A DNA stretch of 64,000 nt from a virus. Position numbers and translations under genes: made by a program. The notes beneath the pieces were generated by a model that had not been told where the DNA came from, ran no database searches, and saw nothing but the letters and a program-made list of their open reading frames with translations. The first letter of the stretch is position 1. Each line of letters begins with the position of its first letter. The stretch spans positions 32,001 to 96,000 of IMG/VR virus record IMGVR_UViG_3300036832_000855; one strand, given 5' to 3'. Shown in pieces: positions 56,006 to 63,441 of this stretch.

Positions 56006-56232
56006 CGGAGCAGCTCCAGCGTCCCGCCCCGGTCGGTGAACCAGGCATCGGGCGTGCCCTTCGTGAACCCTCGCAGGTTGAACATGAACAGCAGCTCGGG
56101 TCGGGGCACGTTGCGCATCAGTCCGTAGTGGGCGCCTCGCGGTCCGCGCAGCTCGTACGGCGTGTGCTCGTCGCCGGTGGCGATCACCTCGTAGGTGATC
56201 CGGCCGATCGTCACGGTCTCGGTCGCGCTCAT
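56002..56232 (-). CDS. Hypothetical phage protein (YELRGPRGAHYGLMRN)
   Basis: Coupling; SD GGAGG. Confidence 0.65.
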   Translation of the reverse strand: MSATETVTIGRITYEVIATGDEHTPYELRGPRGAHYGLMRNVPRPELLFMFNLRGFTKGTPDAWFTDRGGTLELLR

Positions 56233-56468
56233 GACGCCTCCAACTCCGCTCGCGCGTCGGCCAGGCTGAGGAGCCGGTCGGGTCGGATCGGACGCAGTCC
56301 GGGCATGCCGGAAAGCTCGTACTCACGGATACGGACCACGTAGCCGTCCTCCTCGCCCCACTCCTCGGCCTTGGCGACGGCTTCGGCCAGTGTGTCGCGT
56401 TCGGTGAAGGTCGACTGCCGGGACCACTTCTGGGTCTTGCGGATCTCGTAGTACCTCGGTTTGGTCAT
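56229..56468 (-). CDS. Hypothetical protein
   Basis: ATG after CGACCGAGGAG. Confidence 0.65.
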   Translation of the reverse strand: MTKPRYYEIRKTQKWSRQSTFTERDTLAEAVAKAEEWGEEDGYVVRIREYELSGMPGLRPIRPDRLLSLADARAELEAS

Positions 56469-58282
56469 CGTGTCTCCTCGGTCGTGGTAGCCAGCTCCTT
56501 CGCGTCGAGCGACTCGACGAGCGCCTCGATCAGCTCGGGGCTGCTCTCGGCGGTCTGGACGAAGCTCTCGAACTGGAGGTGCCGCCAGGTGCTGTCGGGG
56601 TTGCTCCGGACGCGGTCGTAGATCGCGCGCAGGTCGGCGTGCTCGGCCTCGAAGGCCGCCTTCTCAGCGGCCCTCGCGGCGTCGGCCTCCTCGCGCGCCT
56701 TGATCGTGCAGGCGCAGATCTCGTTCTTCCGGCTGCCAGCCCGCTCGGGGTCCGGGCGGAGCTGCTCGCCGCAGTCCTCGCACACGGTGATGTCCTGGAC
56801 GGACGGCCCGTGCACCCGGGTGATCTCGGTCACCTTCGCGTCGTTCTGGTAGCTGTCCCGATCGTGCGACTTGACCGTGGCGGTCAGCTCGTAGGTGTGA
56901 CCCTGGTCGAGCCAGGTCCCGCCGGATGCCCACCAGATCAGCAGGTTCCCGTCGGCGTCGTGGCCCTTGGTGAGCTGCTTGGTGCCGTAGTGGCCCTCGA
57001 TCGTCTTGGTGAAGGTCACCGTGAAGACCAGGCCCTTCAGCCGCTGCTTCAGCTCGCCGATCCACTCCGAGTCAACCGCGACCCGCTCCTTGCGCTCGAA
57101 CTCCAGCCGGTCGCCCATCTCGCGCTTGCGCGCCTCGATCGTGTAAGCCACGAACCCGGAGCCCTTCGCGGGCACCCAGTCGGAGCGCGTGTAGGTCGCG
57201 AGGTTGTGCTGGAATTCGTCCAGCTCGTCGCGCTCGGCAAGATCCTCGCGGACCCACTCCAGCGCAGTGGCGGCTGCCTCGCGGTCCTCGTCGGTGACGG
57301 GGATCCGGTTCTTCTCCTTGCGCTCGAAGTAGTTGCTCTCGGCAACGTCCGCGGTCGCGTCGTAGTTCCGGTCGAAGTTCCCGTACCCGTCCTTGCGCCA
57401 GCGGCTGACCCAGCCCTTCTCGCGCGTGACGGCCGCGACGTTGGCCAGGAAGTCGAGCGTCCGCATCGCGATCCGCCCGCCGCCGCCGCCGACCTCGCTG
57501 TAGTCGCCGTCGCCGAGGTCGCTGTACAGCGCCTCAAGCCACTCGGCCCAGGCCGCGATGCGCTCGGGGTTGTGCGCGCCGGTGTAGTCGGCGACGCAGG
57601 TTGTGCCCACCTGGCGCAGCTCGCCGGTGGCGACCTCGAACAGCACATAGGTCTGGTTCCGGCGGCGCTTCCAGCCGCAGTGGACGCAGTCGGGGCGGGC
57701 CTGCCGGTAGTCGGTCAGGTCGGCGCTCTCGACCGCCAGCGCGGCCTCCTCGCCGATCCGGTCCTTGAGCCGCGTGCCGACCGGCGCCCGGCGGATGCCG
57801 ACGCCCATGTCGGCGCCCTCGTCGGCGTCGTGGTCCAAGGTCGCGACGAACACCCATCCGGCGATCATCGGCGTCTCGCCGTTGACCGTCACGAAGGTGT
57901 AGTCGACGATCCGCTCGACGCCGTCCTCCTTGAAGACATGCTGGTCGTGCTCGTTGGAGACGGTCAGCGCGATGGGCTCGGTGCCCAACTTGGCCGCCTT
58001 CTTGTTCAGCTTCTCGATCCGGGTGGCCAACTCGTCGAGCTTGGTGTCGACGACGCGGAAGACGGCGCCGCCGACTGCCTCGCGGAGGGCGGTCACCTCG
58101 ACAGCGAGCCGCTCGGCCTCGGCGCGGGCGTCCTTCACGTCAGGGTCCTTGAGCGTGTCGGCCCAGGTCACGCCCAGGCCAGTGTGTGAGTCGTACGCCC
58201 GGTTGCGCGCGTCGTACTCGCGCTCGCGGGCAAGCTCCAGCTCGCGCTGGCGCTCGTAAACGGTCTGCAGGGTGGTGGTCAT
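56465..58282 (-). CDS. Large hypothetical phage protein with CxHC motif and OB-fold-like C-terminal part
   Basis: CVHCGWKRRRN...QVGTTC; ELTATVKSH; ATG after CCGACCGAGGAG. Confidence 0.75.
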   Translation of the reverse strand: MTTTLQTVYERQRELELAREREYDARNRAYDSHTGLGVTWADTLKDPDVKDARAEAERLAVEVTALREAVGGAVFRVVDTKLDELATRIEKLNKKAAKLGTEPIALTVSNEHDQHVFKEDGVERIVDYTFVTVNGETPMIAGWVFVATLDHDADEGADMGVGIRRAPVGTRLKDRIGEEAALAVESADLTDYRQARPDCVHCGWKRRRNQTYVLFEVATGELRQVGTTCVADYTGAHNPERIAAWAEWLEALYSDLGDGDYSEVGGGGGRIAMRTLDFLANVAAVTREKGWVSRWRKDGYGNFDRNYDATADVAESNYFERKEKNRIPVTDEDREAAATALEWVREDLAERDELDEFQHNLATYTRSDWVPAKGSGFVAYTIEARKREMGDRLEFERKERVAVDSEWIGELKQRLKGLVFTVTFTKTIEGHYGTKQLTKGHDADGNLLIWWASGGTWLDQGHTYELTATVKSHDRDSYQNDAKVTEITRVHGPSVQDITVCEDCGEQLRPDPERAGSRKNEICACTIKAREEADAARAAEKAAFEAEHADLRAIYDRVRSNPDSTWRHLQFESFVQTAESSPELIEALVESLDAKELATTTEETR

Positions 58283-58286
58283 GAAT

Positions 58287-58355
58287 CTCCTCGGTCGGTC
58301 TCGCGGCCTCTCCCGGCCGCAAGTACATCATAGCACACGTCGTGCGTTAGCGCAA
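58287..58355 (-). promoter_or_regulatory. Full cassette: TTGCGC-N17-TATGAT, palindrome, hairpin, CCGACCGAGGAG
   Basis: Read directly from sequence. Confidence 0.8.
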
Positions 58356-58502
58356 GTCGCGCAGGGTGGCGCGTACGGCCTGCCGCGAGCGTTTGTCCCG
58401 GCGAGCGCGGCCCTTGCCGCGCTTACCGTGGGAGCCCGCGCCGGACCGCATGTGGGCCGCGACGGCGACCCAGCTCCGGACGCGTGGCTGGCGGGCCCTC
58501 AT
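58347..58502 (-). CDS. 51-aa very basic peptide
   Basis: ATGA coupling; VAVAAHMRSGAGSHGKRGKGR. Confidence 0.5.
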   Translation of the reverse strand: MRARQPRVRSWVAVAAHMRSGAGSHGKRGKGRARRDKRSRQAVRATLRDLR

Positions 58503-58702
58503 CGGGCCACCAGCTTGCCATCGACGATGGCGTAGTTGACAGCGTCGTCGGACTCGACGACGCGCGTGTCGCGCACGAGAGTCCAGCGGAGCGCCAGGTC
58601 GTCGACCCACGCCGTGGCCTCCTCGGGGGTGGCGAAGCGGAGCGCGTTGCCGCTCCACTTGCCGCTGCTGTCGGCGATCACCTCGGGTGCGTAGCTCACC
58701 AC
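58499..58702 (-). CDS. Hypothetical phage protein (GNALRFAT.EEA)
   Basis: Coupling; protein-like. Confidence 0.65.
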   Translation of the reverse strand: MVSYAPEVIADSSGKWSGNALRFATPEEATAWVDDLALRWTLVRDTRVVESDDAVNYAIVDGKLVAR

Positions 58703-59292
58703 TCCGCCCTCCGGTGCGGGTAGCGGGCCGAGCGATTGACATCCTCGGCCAGGTCGCTCAGCGACTGCTCGGTCGGCAGCGCCTCCAGCGCCGCCTTGGC
58801 CACAGCGGCCTCGCGCGCCCAGCGCTCGCGCTGCTCGTCCACCAGCCGGTAGAACGAGTCGCGGTTCTGCGGCCCGGGGATGTTCGGCATCCGCAGGTAG
58901 TGCCGGGCGACGTCGTAGTCGCTGCGGGTGTCGTCGGCACGCAGGTGCGTCCCCTTGCCGTCGTAGCTGGAGTACCAGTACCAGCCGTTGGCGTGCGCGT
59001 GCATCGGGACGCCGTCCGGATCGGACAGGTGCAGGTCCACGAAGCTCTTCAGCCCTGGGAAGGCCCGGAGGATCGCGTCGTGGTCAGCCCCGCCGCCGTC
59101 GGCGTCGCGGCCCTGTCGCTGGCGCGCGGCGCCCCGGGCGTTACTCCGGGCGTACCACACGTCGCAGGTGGCCGAGAAGCCGGGCGAGATCCCGTCCGCG
59201 TCGAAGCGCGAGCCTGGTGCGGCCTCGCGTAGCTCCAGGCTGACGACGATGCGATCGCCGTTCGCCATGTCGCGGGTCAGTGTGCGTTTCAT
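58696..59292 (-). CDS. Hypothetical phage protein (LHLSDPDGVPMH..ANGWY)
   Basis: ATG after CCGACCGAGGAGG. Confidence 0.7.
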   Translation of the reverse strand: MKRTLTRDMANGDRIVVSLELREAAPGSRFDADGISPGFSATCDVWYARSNARGAARQRQGRDADGGGADHDAILRAFPGLKSFVDLHLSDPDGVPMHAHANGWYWYSSYDGKGTHLRADDTRSDYDVARHYLRMPNIPGPQNRDSFYRLVDEQRERWAREAAVAKAALEALPTEQSLSDLAEDVNRSARYPHRRAEW

Positions 59293-59296
59293 GGTC

Positions 59297-59361
59297 CTCC
59301 TCGGTCGGTGGCGGCTTTATCGCCGCACCGGCATCATAACACACGACGTGCGCTAATTCAA
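59297..59361 (-). promoter_or_regulatory. Full cassette: TTGAAT-N17-TATGAT, palindrome, hairpin, CCGACCGAGGAG
   Basis: Read directly from sequence. Confidence 0.82.
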
Positions 59362-59879
59362 GAGGACTTCGCTGCTGACTTCGCGTGGCTGGCGGCCTTC
59401 TTGGCCTCCCACTGGGCCAGCGCCTTGGCCGCCGCCGCCCTGACCTCGGGACGAACCTTGCCGCCACCGGCAGCCCAGCGCTTCATGATCGCGATCGCCG
59501 ACGCGATCGCCGCCGACTCGGACTTGCCGGACTTCATGATGCCCTTCGCGACGTTCTGGATGTAGGGCGGCAGCCCACCCACCCGGGCGATCCAGTTGCT
59601 CGTCTTGCTCGCCGAGAATGGTGACGGCGTGACGCTGTACCCGGCCGTCTTGGCGGACTCCTGGAGCGGCGGGGCCGACTCCTCGGGAGTGCCCCTGAGG
59701 ACCCCGGGGAGCCACCCTGCGGCCCGTTCGTCAAAAGCCTGGTACCAGGCCTCCTGGGCCTCGACGTTCGCCTTCAGGGCCCGCAGATGGGCCAGTGCTC
59801 GGGCGTGCGTCGGGTGCCGCTTGACCAGCGCGCCGGTGTCGGCCCGGACGACGTCGTTGCCCTGGACGGTGTACGGCAT
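59358..59879 (-). CDS. Putative head-internal protein (GGLPPYI...AIA.A basic domain)
   Basis: Basic helical domain; AQEA and LQES motifs. Confidence 0.6.
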   Translation of the reverse strand: MPYTVQGNDVVRADTGALVKRHPTHARALAHLRALKANVEAQEAWYQAFDERAAGWLPGVLRGTPEESAPPLQESAKTAGYSVTPSPFSASKTSNWIARVGGLPPYIQNVAKGIMKSGKSESAAIASAIAIMKRWAAGGGKVRPEVRAAAAKALAQWEAKKAASHAKSAAKSS

Positions 59880-59880
59880 G

Positions 59881-60249
59881 TCACGCCGCGGCGGCGGTGC
59901 CCCAGGTGTCGGGCAGCAGAGAGGTCAGCTTCAGCCGCTTGGCCATCGCGATGATGTGCGCCTTGATCGCCGCCTTGTCCGGCGGGTTGCCGCGGCCGAA
60001 CGCTTTGATCGCAGCCTTGAGGTCGCCGACGTGCTTGATCGGGTAGCGCCCGCCGGGCATCGCATGCCCCTTCTTCTCCAGCGTGGCGCGCTCCTTGGTC
60101 GAGACGTCGCGCTCCTCAAGCTGGCGGCGGAGCACTCGCTCGCGCGCGCGAGCACGCACGAAGTCGGTCGAGTTGGCCGCTTCCTGGCGGTCCAGGACGG
60201 CCTCCTGGAGCCGGTACCAGGGATCCGGTGCGGGTTCAAGCAGAGTCAC
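59881..60249 (-). CDS. Putative head-internal protein (DUF6582-like MPGGRYPI...DLKAAI domain)
   Basis: GTGA-coupled, SD AAGGAG; motif recalled from phage head-associated proteins. Confidence 0.6.
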   Translation of the reverse strand: MTLLEPAPDPWYRLQEAVLDRQEAANSTDFVRARARERVLRRQLEERDVSTKERATLEKKGHAMPGGRYPIKHVGDLKAAIKAFGRGNPPDKAAIKAHIIAMAKRLKLTSLLPDTWGTAAAA

Positions 60250-61823
60250 TTCTTTCTCCTTCCAAAAGCCTCGTAGTCCGCCGCGACCTCGGCACTCGAT
60301 CGGGGTGTCGCCCCGGCGCGGATGCGGGACACGCGGGGATCCTTCATTCCGGCCGGTAGGTGCCTTTCGGGCGCGAACTCGAAGTCCTGATGCTGACGGG
60401 GCAACCCGCCGCCTTCCTTGGGTTTGCCGAGACTGCCGATCACGTCCACCCACTTACCGGCACGGCCACGGGGGTGAAGCGCCTCCTTGAACAGTCCGGC
60501 CTCGGCCAGCCGGGCGCGCAGCACCTTCTCGCGCGCTCGGGCACGCGCGAATTCGTCGCCGGTCTTCGCAGCCTTGCGCGCCAGCACAGCCTCGGCCAGC
60601 AAGGACACCGTCCGGGTGTAGTCGCGGCCGTCCGGGATCGTCGGGTTGGACCGGACGAGCGCGTCGGCCGTCGGCCCGGTCGGCTGCTCACGGCCGTCTG
60701 GGATCGTCAGGTCGGGCGGGTTGGCCATCGCACCGGAGGGCGCAAAGATCGGCTTGTCGTAGGTGGGCGTGCTCTCGCGGCCGTCCATGATCGGGTTTGA
60801 CGGCGTGCCGCCGTAGCCGAAGATGAGCGTCGTCTCCTCCAGCCGCTTGATTCTCGTCACGGCGGTCTCCTTCTCGATGGGCTGCTCGGCGTGGTACTTC
60901 AAGGTCGCTGGCGCCTTCTTGGGCGGCGCGAGCTTCATCCGGCTCCCGCCAGTCCGGCTGCCGTGGCGCGGGGTCGGCGCCCTGGTTCGCAACACCGCGG
61001 GCTGCCCTGGGATCTTCTTCGTGGCCGCGCTCGCAGCGGTCTTCGCCTTGGCCTTGGCCTTCGTCGTGGTCTTGGCGGCGCTCGCCGCCAGCCCGATCAG
61101 CAGGCCCTTCGTCTCAGGCCCGACAACGCCGTCGACGGCGAGCCCGTTCGCCTGCTGCAGCTTGCGCACGGCCGCTTCCGTCTGCGGGCCGAAGCGGCCG
61201 TCCTTCGTGACCCTATACCCGGCGGCGGTGAGCGTCGCCTGCAGGTTCGAGACCGCGGGGCTGGCCGTGCCGGTCAGGCCCGCGCCCTGCTGCAGGTTGG
61301 CGGTGCCGAGATGACCCGGGCCCTGGACGGTGGCGTTCAGGGCCTTCGAGAGCCCCGCTGCGGCCGTAGTCGTCCCGCCCTTGCCCTTGGTCGTCTTGCC
61401 CGTCGCCTTAGCCTTCGAGACCTTCTTGGTCTTCGTGGAGATCGGCGTGCCCTTCGCGGTGAGCCCCAGCGCCTTCTGCGTCTGCGCAAGCGTCTGGTCC
61501 GGCGGGTTCTGCATGATCGCCATCGTCGCCGCGTCGATGTTGCCGCTTCCCGCGAGCCCGTAGCGGTTCTGGAACGCCGCGACGGCCAGCTTCGTCTGCG
61601 GCCCGTACTTGCCGTCAGCCGTAACCTTGAAGCCGAGCTGCTGCAAGCGCTGCTGGAGCTGCAGGGTCGTCTGGTCAGGCCCGGCCGCCCCGTGTCCGGC
61701 GCCGTAGCTGACTATCCACTTCCCACCCCTCCCCCGGGGGTGGAGCTGCGACTGCCAAGCACCGGTGCCGGTGGGCGGCGGAGCTGCTGGCGGGGGAGCG
61801 GCTGGAGGCGCGGAGACCGACAC
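60246..61823 (-). CDS. Protein with two peptidoglycan-binding domains and two HPRG..GKW motifs
   Basis: LQQRL..LGF...DGKYGPQT..AV..FQ; DGRFGPQTEAAV..LQ...GL.VDGVVGP; leaderless TACGCT-N6-GTG. Confidence 0.8.
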   Translation of the reverse strand: MSVSAPPAAPPPAAPPPTGTGAWQSQLHPRGRGGKWIVSYGAGHGAAGPDQTTLQLQQRLQQLGFKVTADGKYGPQTKLAVAAFQNRYGLAGSGNIDAATMAIMQNPPDQTLAQTQKALGLTAKGTPISTKTKKVSKAKATGKTTKGKGGTTTAAAGLSKALNATVQGPGHLGTANLQQGAGLTGTASPAVSNLQATLTAAGYRVTKDGRFGPQTEAAVRKLQQANGLAVDGVVGPETKGLLIGLAASAAKTTTKAKAKAKTAASAATKKIPGQPAVLRTRAPTPRHGSRTGGSRMKLAPPKKAPATLKYHAEQPIEKETAVTRIKRLEETTLIFGYGGTPSNPIMDGRESTPTYDKPIFAPSGAMANPPDLTIPDGREQPTGPTADALVRSNPTIPDGRDYTRTVSLLAEAVLARKAAKTGDEFARARAREKVLRARLAEAGLFKEALHPRGRAGKWVDVIGSLGKPKEGGGLPRQHQDFEFAPERHLPAGMKDPRVSRIRAGATPRSSAEVAADYEAFGRRKK

Positions 61824-61856
61824 AGCAGAAGCGTACGGCCGTGTCGGCCTCCTACC

Positions 61857-62042
61857 TCAAGCGGGATCTCGCGTGTGCGCGAGCGTGGCGGCCGCGCATG
61901 GCGAGCACATCCACACGCTGACCTTCGTCCGCTCGTGCGGCTCGCCGAGCCAGAAGTCGACCTGCGTGTCGGCCGCGCCGGTACACAGGCCCTCGATCGC
62001 CGGATGGTTGATCCCGCAGAGGCAGTGGCAGCCGCTAGGCAA
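61857..62042 (-). CDS. Small Cys-rich protein
   Basis: CHCLC..H...C...CSPC. Confidence 0.45.
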   Translation of the reverse strand: MPSGCHCLCGINHPAIEGLCTGAADTQVDFWLGEPHERTKVSVWMCSPCAAATLAHTRDPA

Positions 62043-62940
62043 CCACCGCCTCCTCCTCCTCGATCACGGCCTCGCTCTGCCCACGGTCGATCTCTTCCGG
62101 CGTCAGGATCCGCGGGAACGCCTCCGGTGAGGAGCCGCCCGCACGCCAGCGCAGGTTGCCGGTGTTGATCGACCGGTCGGCGCGCCAGTAGTTGAACGCC
62201 TTGATGATGACCGCCGCCTGCACCTGCGGGCCAAGGTCCATCGGGCGGCGGACGCCGAGCTTGCGCAGCGCCAGGATCGCGCTGCCTCGCGGCAGCTCCT
62301 CGCCGGTCGCGAGGTAGCCGAAGAACGCGTCGGCCTCATCGGGGTCGACCTCGCTGAAGACGTAGTGCAAAGCCGTCATCAGACCCGGGGCGAACCACTG
62401 GCCGTGACCGCGGACACGCCACATTACGGGGAGGGAGTTGCGCAGATTCGGCTCGGCCTCGTACGTGGCCACCAGCTCGGCCGTGGTCGCGCTTGTCGCC
62501 GGGTGATGCCCGCCGGTGCGGCCCATGATGCCGATCGCCCGGTACTGGTGAACCTGCTTGACCGCGGCCGACAGCGGACTGACGTTCTGCTCGCCGTAGT
62601 GCAGCTTGAGGATGTCGCTGAACCCGCGCTTGAGCCCGTGGTCCATCGAGTCCTGGAAGTGCTTCGGGACGTTGCGCATGACCGGCAGGTCGACGGCCTT
62701 GTCGGCCTTGACGATCGCCAGCAGCCGGTGCTGGCCGTTGAGCAGCCTGCCCTCGGGCGTAATCGCCAGCGGCTCGCCGACGGGATGCCAATTGCCAGTC
62801 TCCATGTCGCGCGCGTACTGGTCGACGCGCCGGTCACGGATATGCCGGTTCGACTTGTTGGTCTGCAGGAGATCGTTGGCGATCTCCGGAGTGATGCGTT
62901 CGATGGCTAGCGTGGGCAAGCCGTTGCGCCTGCTGGGCAC
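62035..62940 (-). CDS. ParB-like (DGQHR-type) domain protein
   Basis: ITPEIA..LL..N..NR...YARDM..G.W...LLNGQHRLLAI. Confidence 0.75.
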   Translation of the reverse strand: MPSRRNGLPTLAIERITPEIANDLLQTNKSNRHIRDRRVDQYARDMETGNWHPVGEPLAITPEGRLLNGQHRLLAIVKADKAVDLPVMRNVPKHFQDSMDHGLKRGFSDILKLHYGEQNVSPLSAAVKQVHQYRAIGIMGRTGGHHPATSATTAELVATYEAEPNLRNSLPVMWRVRGHGQWFAPGLMTALHYVFSEVDPDEADAFFGYLATGEELPRGSAILALRKLGVRRPMDLGPQVQAAVIIKAFNYWRADRSINTGNLRWRAGGSSPEAFPRILTPEEIDRGQSEAVIEEEEAVVA

Positions 62941-62980
62941 TGGTCCTCCTCGGGTCGGGTACGACCAAGGAGTGTAACGC

Positions 62981-63196
62981 CTAACGTGAGCTATGCGGCG
63001 CTCGTGGCAGTTCGTCCACGTAGCCCGCCTTCGTGCGCCACACGGCGCCGCAGCCGCCAGCGTCGAGGTCGCACATCACTTCGCTGTAGTCGCTCGGCGT
63101 GTGCTGGTAGCCGCTGAACGCCGAGTGGTTGCAGTAGTACTGCGTCACAAGCCACGCGTCGCGGCGCCCACACTTGCAGACCGTACCGCCGCTCAT
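62981..63196 (-). CDS. Small zinc-binding protein
   Basis: CKC...C.....C...WRT. Confidence 0.6.
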   Translation of the reverse strand: MSGGTVCKCGRRDAWLVTQYYCNHSAFSGYQHTPSDYSEVMCDLDAGGCGAVWRTKAGYVDELPRAPHSSR

Positions 63197-63441
63197 GCGT
63201 TCAGGCGCCGGTAGACGGCGTAGATCTCAGGCCACTCGGAGCGCATGCCGCGCCGGACGCTGGCGTCGCCGCCGTTGTCGAACGGGTCATTCTCGATCCA
63301 CACGCGACACCAATCCTCGACGTCGTAGATCCCCTCGTCGATGTCGAGTCCGGCGCGGACGTCGGCGTTCATTCGCGCGATCGCCCACTCGCGGACCTCG
63401 GCGATGTTCTTGGCCCAGTACTGGGCCCCGACTCTGATCAC
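63193..63441 (-). CDS. Hypothetical protein
   Basis: GTGA coupling. Confidence 0.5.
   Translation of the reverse strand: MIRVGAQYWAKNIAEVREWAIARMNADVRAGLDIDEGIYDVEDWCRVWIENDPFDNGGDASVRRGMRSEWPEIYAVYRRLNA

Noticed and set aside
60246-61823. Endolysin
   Set aside because: Peptidoglycan-binding domains only; no recognisable amidase, peptidase or glycosidase catalytic motif
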